In this document: one piece after another, positions 8,530 through 18,160 of the stretch
Position numbering within the stretch: the first letter of the stretch is position 1
Layout: the number at the start of each line of letters is the position of its first letter
Origin: Opitutia bacterium
Lineage (GTDB): Bacteria; Verrucomicrobiota; Verrucomicrobiia; Opitutales; T3Sed10-336
Assembly (NCBI GenBank): GCA_050506795.1
Contig: JBJHCF010000049.1
Coordinates: 1 to 29,604 of the forward strand
Direction of reading: 5' to 3'
DNA: 29,604 nt
Made by a program: the position numbers and the translations under genes
The notes under the pieces: model-generated
The model's input: the letters and a program-made list of their open reading frames with translations, nothing else
Database searches by the model: none
Told to the model about the DNA's origin: nothing

Positions 8530-9351
8530 TCAATCGACGCGGAACGTCAGGTTCGGGGTGTAGCTTTGACCGTCGGGCGGGGGATCGAAGGAGGCCAGGC
8601 GTTCGAAGGCTTCTACGATCGACCGGTCGAAGGCATCGCTGCCGGAGGAACGCACCACCTGGGCGCCGGTGATTCGGCCCTGGCTGGAAAGGGAGAAACG
8701 CACGGTGGCGCTCATGCCGGCGGTAGCCGAGGACGGACGGTTCCATGCGCGTTCGATCGCGACGCGCAGCCGGGCGAAATAGCGTTCCAGTTCGCGCTGG
8801 TCACTGTCCGACAGGCGACTGACCAGTTCCTGGTCGGTGGCACTGGACATCACCGACTGCAATTCCCGGCTGATGCGGGAGGTATCGATGCGCGGGGCTT
8901 GAATCTGCCGCGGCTGGGGGGTCGGTTGCGTGCGGGGCTGCGGTGTCGCCGGGGTACCGTGCTGCTGCCGAAACTCCGCCAGTGACATGCGCTCGGGTTG
9001 CGGTTCCGGCTCCGGGCGGGGCTGCTCGCGCCGGGGCTCAGGTTGTGGCCGGGGCTGGGGTTCGGGCCGCGGTTGGGGTTGCGGTTCGGGCCGCGGACGG
9101 GGTTCGGTGGGAGGCAGTTCCACCTCCTGAAACTCAAACTCGGGCAGTTCAATCTGCCGCACCGGCCGGTCGGGTTCCGGCGGGGCCGCCGTGATTTCGG
9201 AAGGCTCGGAAGGCGGAGCAAACAATTCGAGGGTTTGCGCCAGCGGTTCCGGATCCCTCGGTTTCACCAGGTAGCCGGTAAACAGCAACGCGAACAGCAG
9301 GAGGTGCAACACCACCGCGATACCGAATGCCTTGCCTGAACGATCACTCAT
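8530..9351 (-). CDS. TonB/TolA-family energy transducer
   Basis: N-terminal TM helix with His (AVVLHLLL), Pro/Glu/Gln-rich linker and a TonB-C-like domain (IERAWNRP...VRSSGSDAFDRSIVEA). Third gene of the exbB-exbD cluster. Confidence 0.9.
   Translation of the reverse strand: MSDRSGKAFGIAVVLHLLLFALLFTGYLVKPRDPEPLAQTLELFAPPSEPSEITAAPPEPDRPVRQIELPEFEFQEVELPPTEPRPRPEPQPQPRPEPQPRPQPEPRREQPRPEPEPQPERMSLAEFRQQHGTPATPQPRTQPTPQPRQIQAPRIDTSRISRELQSVMSSATDQELVSRLSDSDQRELERYFARLRVAIERAWNRPSSATAGMSATVRFSLSSQGRITGAQVVRSSGSDAFDRSIVEAFERLASFDPPPDGQSYTPNLTFRVD
8995..9110 (-). repeat. low-complexity coding repeat (PEPQP/PRPEP units) in the TonB linker
   Basis: Translates as EPRPRPEPQPQPRPEPQPRPQPEPRREQPRPEPEPQPE. 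The unit ggttcgggccgcgg recurs on the + strand. Confidence 0.7.
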
Positions 9352-9372
9352 ACCTTACCCAATAAACAACAC

Positions 9373-9801
9373 CTACTGGCGAGAATCAACCTGTGTGTCC
9401 AAACTGATTTTACTCAATCCACTGGCCATAATCAAGTTCAATAAATCCACCACATCCTGGTAATCGACGGTGCGCGACGCCCGCACGTTCAGCACCACGT
9501 TCTCCCCGGAAGCCGCCAGAGTCTCCAGCCGCTGACGCATGCCCTCTGAATCCAGCCGTTCTTCACCATAAAAAAACATGCCCGGCCCCTCGACCCCGAC
9601 CGTTTGATACCTCACATCCGGCTGGGTACCCGGGGCCTCCCTTTCCTCCTCCCGCGGCAATTCGATGGGAATGGTCTGTTCCAGCAGCGGCGTGGTGATC
9701 ATGAAGATGATCAGCAGCGAAAACGCCAGGTCGATCAGGGGGGTCACGTTGGGTTCGGCCAACGCGGTCAGTCGAGGATTTCTGCGAAAAGTTCTGGCCA
9801 T
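9373..9801 (-). CDS. exbD: ExbD/TolR biopolymer transport protein
   Basis: EPNVTPLIDLAFSLLIIFMITTP motif with the conserved Asp. The likely start is ATG 9801 (MARTFRR), since the ORF-track start at 9873 overlaps exbB. Confidence 0.92.
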   Translation of the reverse strand: MARTFRRNPRLTALAEPNVTPLIDLAFSLLIIFMITTPLLEQTIPIELPREEEREAPGTQPDVRYQTVGVEGPGMFFYGEERLDSEGMRQRLETLAASGENVVLNVRASRTVDYQDVVDLLNLIMASGLSKISLDTQVDSRQ

Positions 9802-9814
9802 GACCGCGCGCGGA

Positions 9815-10576
9815 TCAGTCGCTCCACTCCTGCTTGCTTTCCATTTCGATTTGATCCGCCAGGGTGCTGGCAAAATTCTCCAGCTCGGCGATCATTTCCC
9901 GGGTGCGGGTCAACAGGATGTTGTACCCGAACACCGACGGAATGGCGACCAGCAGACCGGCCACGGTGGTGAGGAGGGCGCCCGATACGCCCGGAGCCAG
10001 CATCTGCAAGGTCGCAGTCGCCCTGAGAGCGACCGCTCCAAATGCGTCCATCACCCCCCAGACGGTCCCCAGCAGCCCGAGAAAGGGCGCGCCCGTGACA
10101 ATGCTGGCCAAAAATACCATTCGCGATTCGTAGAGCGCGCTGCCCCTGGTCACACAGCGCTGCAGCGCATTTTCCATATGACTGATTCGCAACCGGTTGA
10201 GAGTCTCCGGATCCACCGATCCCGAATCCTCCACCCGCCGGTATGCCACGACCGCCTCATGGTACAGGCGGTTGTAGGGAATACCCGGAGCGTGGGGCAC
10301 CTGTTGGTCCAGCACGGAGGGACCGTTCATCAGCCGATCCTCAAAGGCCCGGTTTAACTCCCCCATGCGCCGCAGGTCGAAGTACTTGCCGATCATAATG
10401 GTCCAGGCGACCAGGCTGAAAAAAATCAGCGCCATCACGATCACCTTGCCCGCGACATTCGACTGCGCGAAGTAATTGATGATATTTGGGGTCGTCGTTT
10501 CAGCCAGCACGGGAACCCAGGAAAATGCCTCGATCATATGGAGGGAAACCATTGGACTATTTTCAGCGGCATTCAA
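9815..10576 (-). CDS. MotA/TolQ/ExbB proton channel protein
   Basis: APFLGLLGTVWGVMDAF and APGVSGALLTTVAGLLVAIPS motifs. The start may be a later ATG. Confidence 0.93.
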   Translation of the reverse strand: MNAAENSPMVSLHMIEAFSWVPVLAETTTPNIINYFAQSNVAGKVIVMALIFFSLVAWTIMIGKYFDLRRMGELNRAFEDRLMNGPSVLDQQVPHAPGIPYNRLYHEAVVAYRRVEDSGSVDPETLNRLRISHMENALQRCVTRGSALYESRMVFLASIVTGAPFLGLLGTVWGVMDAFGAVALRATATLQMLAPGVSGALLTTVAGLLVAIPSVFGYNILLTRTREMIAELENFASTLADQIEMESKQEWSD

Positions 10577-10693
10577 TCCCTAATAAGAGCCGGATTTCGG
10601 GAAATCCATGGATCCGCGCTTGCCGGCGTCATTCCTCAATGAATAAAGATTGAAGTTTCAGCCGCAGACCCTTTTTTATAAACCACATTCCAT

Positions 10694-11809
10694 ATGAATT
10701 TTAAGGATCACACTCTCGAAGAACTGGAAGCAAAGCGAAGCCGTCTTTCGTCCCTTTTGGCCCTGGTCGGCCTGGACGGATTTGTGGACCGAATCGTGAC
10801 CCCCGTGGCCACCCGTTCGGGTCCGGGAGAAAACTTCACTCCCATCGACACCATTTCCGCCTTCGCGCAGCGCATCGGCGATGCCGCCGGCAAGAGCACC
10901 AATATCGAAGTTTATCCCAGGGAAACCCGCCTGGGCGGCAATGGCCCCATCATGGCCAACGCGTTGCTGGCCTCCGGCATGAAAGTCCGCTACGTCGGCG
11001 CCCTCGGAAAACCCAACGTCGATCCGGTCTTCCAGGAGTTTGCCCGGAAAACCGAAGCCGCTTCCATCGCCGATCCCGGGCACACCGACGCGCTGGAGTT
11101 CAACGACGGCAAAATCATGATCAACACCACCGCCACCCTGGAAGCGGTGACCTACGAGAGCATCGTCGCCACCATCGGCGAAGGAAAATTCTTCGACCTG
11201 TTTTCCCGGCTGGATCTGGTGGCCATGGTGAACTGGACCATGGTCCCGGCCATGACGGACATCCTCAGCGCCTTCCTGGACCGGGTCCTGCCCAACCTTC
11301 CGTCACGCGACCAGCGCACCTTTTTCTTCGACCTCGCCGACCCCGCCAAACGTTCGGACAGCGACATTAAGAGCGCGCTGCTCACCATAAAACGTTTTCA
11401 ATCGCACGGCAAAACGATCCTCGGCCTCAACCTGAAAGAGGCCCAAACCGTCAGCCGAATCCTGGGGATCGACGACAGCGGAATCGACGAGTCCGGCCTC
11501 AAAAGCATGGCCTCGCGGATCCGGCAGGACCTCGGTATCAGCGTGGTGGCGGTTCATCCCCGGGAATGCGCGGTGTGCGCCACCCGGGAGGACACCTGGC
11601 ACGTGCCCGGCCCCTACACTGAAAACCCCCGCACCACCACCGGCGCCGGGGATCACTTCAACGCAGGATTCACCGTGGGACAGGTCCTCAATATGAGTCC
11701 CCTCGCCTCCCTGACTCTGGGAGTGGTGTTCTCCGGCTTCATGGTCCGCCAGGGCCGCAGTCCCTCCTTGAACGACGTCGACGCGTTCCTGCGAAACTGG
11801 AAAAACTGA
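10694..11809 (+). CDS. PfkB/ribokinase-family carbohydrate kinase
   Basis: N-terminal GGNGPIMANAL and C-terminal anion hole TTGAGDHFNAGF. Lies 19 nt upstream of tmk. Confidence 0.85.
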   Translation: MNFKDHTLEELEAKRSRLSSLLALVGLDGFVDRIVTPVATRSGPGENFTPIDTISAFAQRIGDAAGKSTNIEVYPRETRLGGNGPIMANALLASGMKVRYVGALGKPNVDPVFQEFARKTEAASIADPGHTDALEFNDGKIMINTTATLEAVTYESIVATIGEGKFFDLFSRLDLVAMVNWTMVPAMTDILSAFLDRVLPNLPSRDQRTFFFDLADPAKRSDSDIKSALLTIKRFQSHGKTILGLNLKEAQTVSRILGIDDSGIDESGLKSMASRIRQDLGISVVAVHPRECAVCATREDTWHVPGPYTENPRTTTGAGDHFNAGFTVGQVLNMSPLASLTLGVVFSGFMVRQGRSPSLNDVDAFLRNWKN

Positions 11810-11828
11810 TTCCCAACCGCCGATCCCA

Positions 11829-12461
11829 ATGCAAAAGGGCACATTTATCTCATTCGAAGGATCCGAAGGCAGCGGCAAGTCGAGTCAAATCGACCGCCTC
11901 GCCGGCTTCCTGGAAAAAGAGGGCTACAGCGTCATCGTCACCCGCGAGCCCGGCGGCACCGAAATCGGCGAGGAGATCAGGCACCTGCTCAAACACAGCG
12001 CGCACGGCAAGGACATGTGTCCGGAAACGGAACTCCTGCTCTTTGCCGCCAGCCGCGCGCAACTGGTGCGCCAGGTGATCGAGCCCGCGCTGCAGGAAAA
12101 CAAAATCATTCTCTGCGACCGATTCCTCGATTCCACCACCGTTTACCAGGGGGTGGCGCGAAAGCTGTCGAAGGATCCGGTCAACGTGATCAATAATTTC
12201 GCCGTCGGAAACCTGATGCCCGACTTGACCGTGGTGCTGGATGTGCCGGCCGAAGTGGGACTCGACCGGGTGCGCCGCCGGGTTTCGGATCTTCCGGACC
12301 GGATGGAAGAGGAAAACATCCAGTTTTACCGCATGGTTCGCGAAGGTTATCTGGTCCTCGCCAAATCGCTGCCGGAGCGTTTCCTGGTGGTGGACGGGAC
12401 CCGTGACGAAGCCAGCATCGAAACGGAGATCCGCGAGGCGGTGACGGAACGCCTCGGCTGA
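11829..12461 (+). CDS. tmk: thymidylate (dTMP) kinase
   Basis: FISFEGSEGSGKSSQ P-loop, TREPGGT, ELLLFAASRAQ, CDRF and PDLTVVLDV. Confidence 0.97.
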   Translation: MQKGTFISFEGSEGSGKSSQIDRLAGFLEKEGYSVIVTREPGGTEIGEEIRHLLKHSAHGKDMCPETELLLFAASRAQLVRQVIEPALQENKIILCDRFLDSTTVYQGVARKLSKDPVNVINNFAVGNLMPDLTVVLDVPAEVGLDRVRRRVSDLPDRMEEENIQFYRMVREGYLVLAKSLPERFLVVDGTRDEASIETEIREAVTERLG

Positions 12462-12465
12462 ACCG

Positions 12466-13398
12466 ATGGAGGATTCACAAGCCGCCAGGATACTGCTGCG
12501 GGCCGCGGAGGAGGATCGTTTTCCCCAAAGCGTCATTCTGACCGCACGCGATTCAATCGCCCTCGAGGCGATGGCCGAGCGCCTGGCGGCGCGCCTCCTG
12601 GAACTGGCCACCCCGGCGGACGCCAAGGCTCCCTCTCTGCAAAACCACCCCGACCTCTTCACCTTGCGGCCGGCGAAAAAGATGCGGCAAATCTCCGCCG
12701 AGAACACCCGTGAGTTGATTCGGAATATCCAGCACTCGCCCCGATTCTGCCGAAAAAAAGTCGCCCTGATTCTCGAAGCCGAACGCATGCATACCGCCGC
12801 GTTCAACATTTTCCTCAAGACCCTGGAGGAACCCCCGGCCGATACCGTCATCCTCCTGGTCACCTCACAACCCTATGGACTGCTGCCCACCATTCGCAGC
12901 CGTTGCCTGACGTTTCGTTTTCCCGACGGAGCGGAAACCAAACCGTCGCCGGCCGTGGACGAATGGGTTCAACTCTACCGTCGGTGGCTCGAACGCTTGA
13001 ACGCGGGAGTGCGCGACGCGCAGACGGTATCCGCCGTAACCCTGTCGGCCTTCGGTCTGTTGACCCGCTTCCAGGAAACCCTGGAGGTGGAAACGAAACA
13101 AACCTGGGAAACCATCAAAGCCAATCTCCCGTCCAATCTGGACGACGATCAGCACAATGCCCTGGAGGAAGGGCTGAAAGTGACGGTGCGCCGCCGGTTT
13201 CTCCTCGAAATCGAACGCGCCACCCACGGTCACGCCCGCGACATCGCCCAACGCGGGGAACCCCTTCCGGCCGCGACCCTGGCGGAGGCCGTGTCGCACC
13301 TTGAAGCCTGTGCCGGATTGTTGCGGGTCAACCTCAAGGAACAGACCGCGTTGGAACATTTCCTCCTGTACTCGTTACGTCTATGGGCAAGACGCTGA
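12466..13398 (+). CDS. holB: DNA polymerase III subunit delta'
   Basis: NHPDL, EAERM...AFNIFLKTLEEPP and LLPTIRSRC motifs, with the conserved tmk-holB gene order. Confidence 0.9.
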   Translation: MEDSQAARILLRAAEEDRFPQSVILTARDSIALEAMAERLAARLLELATPADAKAPSLQNHPDLFTLRPAKKMRQISAENTRELIRNIQHSPRFCRKKVALILEAERMHTAAFNIFLKTLEEPPADTVILLVTSQPYGLLPTIRSRCLTFRFPDGAETKPSPAVDEWVQLYRRWLERLNAGVRDAQTVSAVTLSAFGLLTRFQETLEVETKQTWETIKANLPSNLDDDQHNALEEGLKVTVRRRFLLEIERATHGHARDIAQRGEPLPAATLAEAVSHLEACAGLLRVNLKEQTALEHFLLYSLRLWARR

Positions 13399-13431
13399 AC
13401 CATAAACCGGCCAAAAACGCCAACAAAGACC

Positions 13432-14007
13432 ATGAAAAATAACTCTTTGCTCTCCATCGCCGTTTCCCTCGCGACCCTGTTCGCCCTGGTGCCGTCCCTT
13501 CCGGGCGCCGCCGATACCCGGGCCGATGCCCAGGCTCTGGCCAATCGCGCCAACCAGGCCATGGTGGAAGAAAACTGGGAGGAAGCGAACCGGTTGCTCG
13601 ACCGGGCGCTGGAACTGGCCGCGGATGCGCCCGAGCTCTGGGTTGGCAGCGCCTTCACCCTGATCCGCCTGGACAAGGTGGACGCGGCACGTGAACGCTA
13701 CGAAACCGCACTTGAACTCTACCTACAACGCGTGGAGGCGGACCCCGAAAGCGTGGGAATGATTATGAACGTCGGGTACACGTTGGTGTTGCTGAATCGC
13801 CGGGACGAAGCCATCGAATACCTTCACGCCGCGGCCGAACGGAATCCCGATCAACTGATGTTTCGCAGCTTCGAAGAAATCGTGGAAGGCCTGGAAGCGA
13901 ACTTTTCGGAGTTCATCGTACCGAAAGTGGAAGCCAATGAGGCAACCGTAGAAGAACCCGATGAGGCAGCCACTGAAGAACCCGAAGCGTCCAGCCAGAC
14001 GCCATAG
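13432..14007 (+). CDS. secreted tetratricopeptide-repeat protein
   Basis: Signal peptide, TPR-like helices (WEEANRLLDRALELAADAPELW; AIEYLHAAAERNPD) and an acidic tail. Confidence 0.8.
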   Translation: MKNNSLLSIAVSLATLFALVPSLPGAADTRADAQALANRANQAMVEENWEEANRLLDRALELAADAPELWVGSAFTLIRLDKVDAARERYETALELYLQRVEADPESVGMIMNVGYTLVLLNRRDEAIEYLHAAAERNPDQLMFRSFEEIVEGLEANFSEFIVPKVEANEATVEEPDEAATEEPEASSQTP

Positions 14008-14097
14008 CGGGTCGATTTCCGTTCAGGATAACTCTGCCGGGTTGCAAACCGCTTTTGTCCGGTTTACGACTGTTCTGAAATCCGCAACACAAGACGA

Positions 14098-14466
14098 GTG
14101 TCATCATCCATTTCCAATAATCTGAAAACGCCACTGATTCTCGGTGCCATCGTGGTGATCCACGTCGCCATAGCCCTTTACCTGCTGCTGCCCCGCGGCG
14201 GCGGTTCCCGCGAGGTGGATACCCGAGATCAACAAAACGGCAGCACCCCGGAGGAAGTCGAAATCGAACCCGAAACCGACGAACCGCCCGAGCCCGCTTA
14301 CGAAACGTACACTGTGCAGCGGAATGACAACCTGACGGTCATCGCCCGCCGGCACGGCACCACGATTTCGGAGATCCGGTCACTGAACAATCTGACCAGC
14401 GACACCATCCACCCCGGCCAGGAACTCCGCGTCCCCGCCCGTCCGAATTCCGGGAACGGCAATTGA
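14098..14466 (+). CDS. membrane-anchored LysM peptidoglycan-binding protein
   Basis: N-terminal TM helix, acidic linker and the LysM motif YTVQRNDNLTVIARRHGTTISEIRSLNNLTSDTIHPGQELRVP. Confidence 0.92.
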   Translation: MSSSISNNLKTPLILGAIVVIHVAIALYLLLPRGGGSREVDTRDQQNGSTPEEVEIEPETDEPPEPAYETYTVQRNDNLTVIARRHGTTISEIRSLNNLTSDTIHPGQELRVPARPNSGNGN

Positions 14467-14486
14467 AGCCCGGCGGCCGGCAAGTC

Positions 14487-17060
14487 CTACTCCGGCCGTA
14501 CCACCAGGCTCACCTTATTCTCCTCCCGGAGGTATTTTTCGGCGAAACGTCTGAGGTCCTCCAGGCCGACCGCGTCCACCTGCCGGTCGTACTCCAGCCA
14601 CTCGTTGGGCGGGCGTCCGTAAACGGCATTCAAGCCGGCGAGAACGGCCCGGGATCCGTTGGTTTGCATACTGCTCCGCCGACGGGTTTTCAGCCGAATC
14701 CGGCAGCGCTCCAATTCCTCCACGGTCGCCCCGCCCTCGCGGATGCGCCGCACCTCGTCCTCCATTTCACGCGTCACGGCATCCACCGCTTCCGGGTGAG
14801 TGCCGGCGTAGAGGTAGAACATGCCTTCCCGCAAACCGGTGACCCGGCCCGAACCGACATAGTACGCCAAACCGAGTTTTTCGCGAACCCGCTCGAAAAG
14901 CCGGCTGGACATTCCGCTCAGCAACTCGTCCAGGACCTCGCCCGCGCGAAAGTCGGCATCCAGGACACCGCAATCGGGAAATCCCTGGAGCACCACCGCC
15001 TGCTGTCTCGGCTGCGATTCAACAAACGTCCCCGGTTCGGGCGGACCGGCAAAGGAGATTCTGGATTCCTCGAACCGCTCCGCCGGCAAACGTTCGAGCA
15101 TCTCAGCCAGCGCATCGACGACTTTTCCATCGGCGGAACCGAAATCACCGGCGACACTCAACACCAGATTCTCCGGGCGCACCAGGCGACGGTACTGCGC
15201 GACCACATCCTCCAACCCGATGGCGGTTACCGTTTCCAGGGCACCCGAATCATCGACCCAGAGGGGATGTTCCCCAAAGAACCGGGCGCGGAGCTGTTTC
15301 ATGGCGAAAGAAAGCACCTCGTCCAGATCCTCCCGAATCGAGGCAAGAAGGCTCTCCTGTTCGCGCTGGAAAGTGTCGCGCTGGAAAACCGGATGAGAGA
15401 TCGCCTGTTCCAGTAAATCGCATGCCAGGCTGAGGTCCGCCGGCATGACCTCCAAAGACAGACCGAAACAGTTGTTGCCCGAGAATTCCTCCAGGGCGCC
15501 GCCGATGGATTCGATGGTTTCCGCGACCTCCTCGGCCGATCGTTTTTGTGTATCGCGCGTCAGGAGCGTGGCCAGAAGGGAGGTCACCCCCCGCTTTTCC
15601 GGCGATTCATAGGCGCCGCCGCCGAATGCGACCAGGCGCAGATGAATATTGGGCAAACGAGTGTCGCTTTGGGTCAAAAGGCGCGCGCCATTGGGCAAAG
15701 TCCTCTCCTCGAAGCGGGCGGCGACGGAACGTCTCCCGCCGGCCGTCTGGCCACTGGCCCGCGACGCGGCCGGATTGAGGGAAACCATGGTCAAACGCTC
15801 CGGAACCAGGTAACGCCGGCCCACCGCGACCAGGTCACTGGGCTCGACCCGAATCAGCCGCTGAAAGTAGGAACGTGAAAACGCGAGATCTCCGGCGACG
15901 ACCTCGGCCACGCCGAGCCGCGACGCCTGGCCGCTGACCGTTTTTCTAACGTTGATCTCCGCCACCAGAGCCTGCCGGATCGCCTTGGCCACGGCGGCCT
16001 CCGAGAAACCTTCCCCCATCACCTCGTCCAGAGTGGCGATCACCGCCTCGGCGGCCGCCTCCCGTTTTTCCGGATCGGAAGTAAATGAAACATCCATCAA
16101 TCCGCCGCCGGCCGGTTTCCAGGTCATGGTGTCGATATCGTGCACCAGCCGTTGATCGTCACGCAGCCGCTTCCAAAGCAGGGAACTCTTTCCGCTTCCC
16201 AGGATGGAGGACAGGATGTCGAGCGCGGGCGCGTCCTCGTGGTGCAGGCCGGGGATTTTAAAAGCCAGGGCGCAACGGGAGAGGTTGACCTCGCGAAAAA
16301 GGTGTTCCTCCCGCCGGGAAATCTGCTCCGGTTCAAAGGGTTGCAACACAGGGGCCAACTTTTTCCGCTCGAATCCGCCGAAAGCCGCGGTGACGAGGCC
16401 CTGCGCCAGGTCCGCATCCACATCGCCGCTCACCACCACGACCACGTTGTTGGGGGCGTAGCGCGAACGCTGGTAGGCGACCAGGTCGTCACGGGTCAGC
16501 GCGGAAAAAACATCGCGGTATCCGATCACCGGATAACGGTAGGGATGTTCCCGGAAGGCGGTGGAAAAGAGGGTCTGCACCAGGGTCCGGTCGGGATCGT
16601 CATGACCCATGTCGATCTCGCGCAGAATAACATCGCGCTCGCGCTCGGCCTCATCGGGCGGCAGTACCGCATCAAAAACCGCGTCCGCCAGCACATCCAG
16701 CGCCACTTCGAGATGCTCCGACGGCAGATCGATGTAATAGACCGTGCGGTCGAAGGAAGTGTAGGCGTTCATATTGCCGCCGTGGCGCTGGACTACGGCG
16801 GCGATCTCGGCGCCCGGACGTTTTTCGGTGCCCTTGAACAGCATGTGCTCAAGGTAATGGGACAGGCCCGAGCCGAGGTTTTCCCCTTCATGAATGCTGC
16901 CGGATTTCACCCAGACCTGAACTGAAACCAGGGCCGCGGAATGATCCGGTTTGATAATGGAAACCAAGCCGTTATCGAGGGTTTCGCGTGAAACCCGTTC
17001 TTCGAAAAACGGCTTCAGGAGCAGCTCGGAGTCAATGCCCGGCAGATAAGAACGTGTCAT
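14487..17060 (-). CDS. M16 family zinc metallopeptidase (pitrilysin-like, fused active and inactive halves)
   Basis: GLSHYLEHMLFKGT (HxxEH), NAYTSFDRTVY and ERDVILRE. The second half lacks HxxEH but has RLFERVREKLGLAY. Confidence 0.95.
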   Translation of the reverse strand: MTRSYLPGIDSELLLKPFFEERVSRETLDNGLVSIIKPDHSAALVSVQVWVKSGSIHEGENLGSGLSHYLEHMLFKGTEKRPGAEIAAVVQRHGGNMNAYTSFDRTVYYIDLPSEHLEVALDVLADAVFDAVLPPDEAERERDVILREIDMGHDDPDRTLVQTLFSTAFREHPYRYPVIGYRDVFSALTRDDLVAYQRSRYAPNNVVVVVSGDVDADLAQGLVTAAFGGFERKKLAPVLQPFEPEQISRREEHLFREVNLSRCALAFKIPGLHHEDAPALDILSSILGSGKSSLLWKRLRDDQRLVHDIDTMTWKPAGGGLMDVSFTSDPEKREAAAEAVIATLDEVMGEGFSEAAVAKAIRQALVAEINVRKTVSGQASRLGVAEVVAGDLAFSRSYFQRLIRVEPSDLVAVGRRYLVPERLTMVSLNPAASRASGQTAGGRRSVAARFEERTLPNGARLLTQSDTRLPNIHLRLVAFGGGAYESPEKRGVTSLLATLLTRDTQKRSAEEVAETIESIGGALEEFSGNNCFGLSLEVMPADLSLACDLLEQAISHPVFQRDTFQREQESLLASIREDLDEVLSFAMKQLRARFFGEHPLWVDDSGALETVTAIGLEDVVAQYRRLVRPENLVLSVAGDFGSADGKVVDALAEMLERLPAERFEESRISFAGPPEPGTFVESQPRQQAVVLQGFPDCGVLDADFRAGEVLDELLSGMSSRLFERVREKLGLAYYVGSGRVTGLREGMFYLYAGTHPEAVDAVTREMEDEVRRIREGGATVEELERCRIRLKTRRRSSMQTNGSRAVLAGLNAVYGRPPNEWLEYDRQVDAVGLEDLRRFAEKYLREENKVSLVVRPE

Positions 17061-17078
17061 GGAGGATCTTCCCGAAAA

Positions 17079-17531
17079 TCAGTTGGCGTGATTGCCCTGC
17101 TCTTTGTTCGCACGGCCTTTTTCCCTTTGCAAGGTCCGCCGTTTCTTTTTCGGGAGGAAGGGCATCAGGAAGGCGTCCTCAAAGTCGTACCCGCCGGCAA
17201 AATCGGACTTGCGGTCGTTCTCAGTCTTTCCGAGCACGCCGTACTCCACCAGTTGAAATACGATCTCTCCAAAATCCTCGCAACGCCGGATATTCCACTC
17301 CGAAAACACGGTCATGGCAAGCGGTCCGAACCGGTCCAGGGCGTACTCGCGGATTCCGTCGAGGAGTTCCATCCCGGTGACATGACGCCGCTCGCCGCGG
17401 TCCTTCCCACCTGCCAGCTCATTCAAGGTGTAGTCCAGGGCCTGGCGGACGAAATGGTACGCGTTTTTGTCAAACCGGGGGTCTTCACGGTGAATCAAGT
17501 CGAGAACTTCTGGAAAGTTGTCGGGTTCCAT
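17079..17531 (-). CDS. Minf_1886-type conserved protein of Planctomycetes/Verrucomicrobia
   Basis: DPRFDKNAYHFVRQALDYT...RHVTGMELL.G.REYAL..FGPLA..V..EW.I...DFGEIVFQLVE.GVLGKTE.D...DF pattern. Confidence 0.8.
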   Translation of the reverse strand: MEPDNFPEVLDLIHREDPRFDKNAYHFVRQALDYTLNELAGGKDRGERRHVTGMELLDGIREYALDRFGPLAMTVFSEWNIRRCEDFGEIVFQLVEYGVLGKTENDRKSDFAGGYDFEDAFLMPFLPKKKRRTLQREKGRANKEQGNHAN

Positions 17532-17681
17532 CTGGAGTTCACGCTAGCACAATGGATAAACCGCGTAAACCCCAACGTTGCCGGGTGGCGCCCTTACGCG
17601 ATAATTCGTTTGCATCAGGGAAAGACTCGGGCTACCTGTAACTCTGAGTAAATACGACCCACGCAAAGAGGATTCCGGTCC

Positions 17682-18146
17682 ATGTCGACAGCCGACCACA
17701 GCACAGAAAACGACCCGCGCCTTGATCAGGCCATCGCCATGCTTCATCAGGCCCGCCATCGGGTCACGCAGCCGCGGGTTGCCATCCTCAAGGCCCTGAT
17801 CGAACACGAGGGTCCGATCAAGATCGAGGATATCCACCACAAAGTGGAAGCGCATAACTGTGACCTGGCGACGGTGTACCGTTGCATCGCGGCTTTCGAA
17901 AAGATCGGCATCGTCCGCCGCTGCTTTTTCCCAGACGGTTCGAGTTTATTCGAGTTCGTGGTGGGCGGCGAACACCATCACCACATCATCTGCACCTCCT
18001 GCCAGAAAGTCGAAAATCTGGACGTCTGCGTGGTCGCCGGACTCGAACGCCTGGTGCACGACCGCGGCTACAGCAACGTCTCGCACATGCTGGAATTCTA
18101 CGGCACCTGCGAGGACTGCTCGGAAGAGTCCCCAGACAGGGGCTGA
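17682..18146 (+). CDS. Fur-family transcriptional regulator (Fur/Zur/PerR)
   Basis: RVTQPRVAIL, DLATVYR, HHHHIICTSC and C-terminal GTCEDC. Confidence 0.93.
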   Translation: MSTADHSTENDPRLDQAIAMLHQARHRVTQPRVAILKALIEHEGPIKIEDIHHKVEAHNCDLATVYRCIAAFEKIGIVRRCFFPDGSSLFEFVVGGEHHHHIICTSCQKVENLDVCVVAGLERLVHDRGYSNVSHMLEFYGTCEDCSEESPDRG

Positions 18147-18160
18147 TTCCGGTTATCGCC

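Noticed and set aside
8995..9110. Short repeats as a CRISPR array or VNTR
   Set aside because: They are in-frame Pro-rich TonB linker codons with no repeat-spacer structure.
17600..17614. GATAATTCGTTTGCA upstream of the Fur-family gene as an autoregulatory Fur box
   Set aside because: It does not fit 7-1-7 symmetry, so it is too weak without comparative data.
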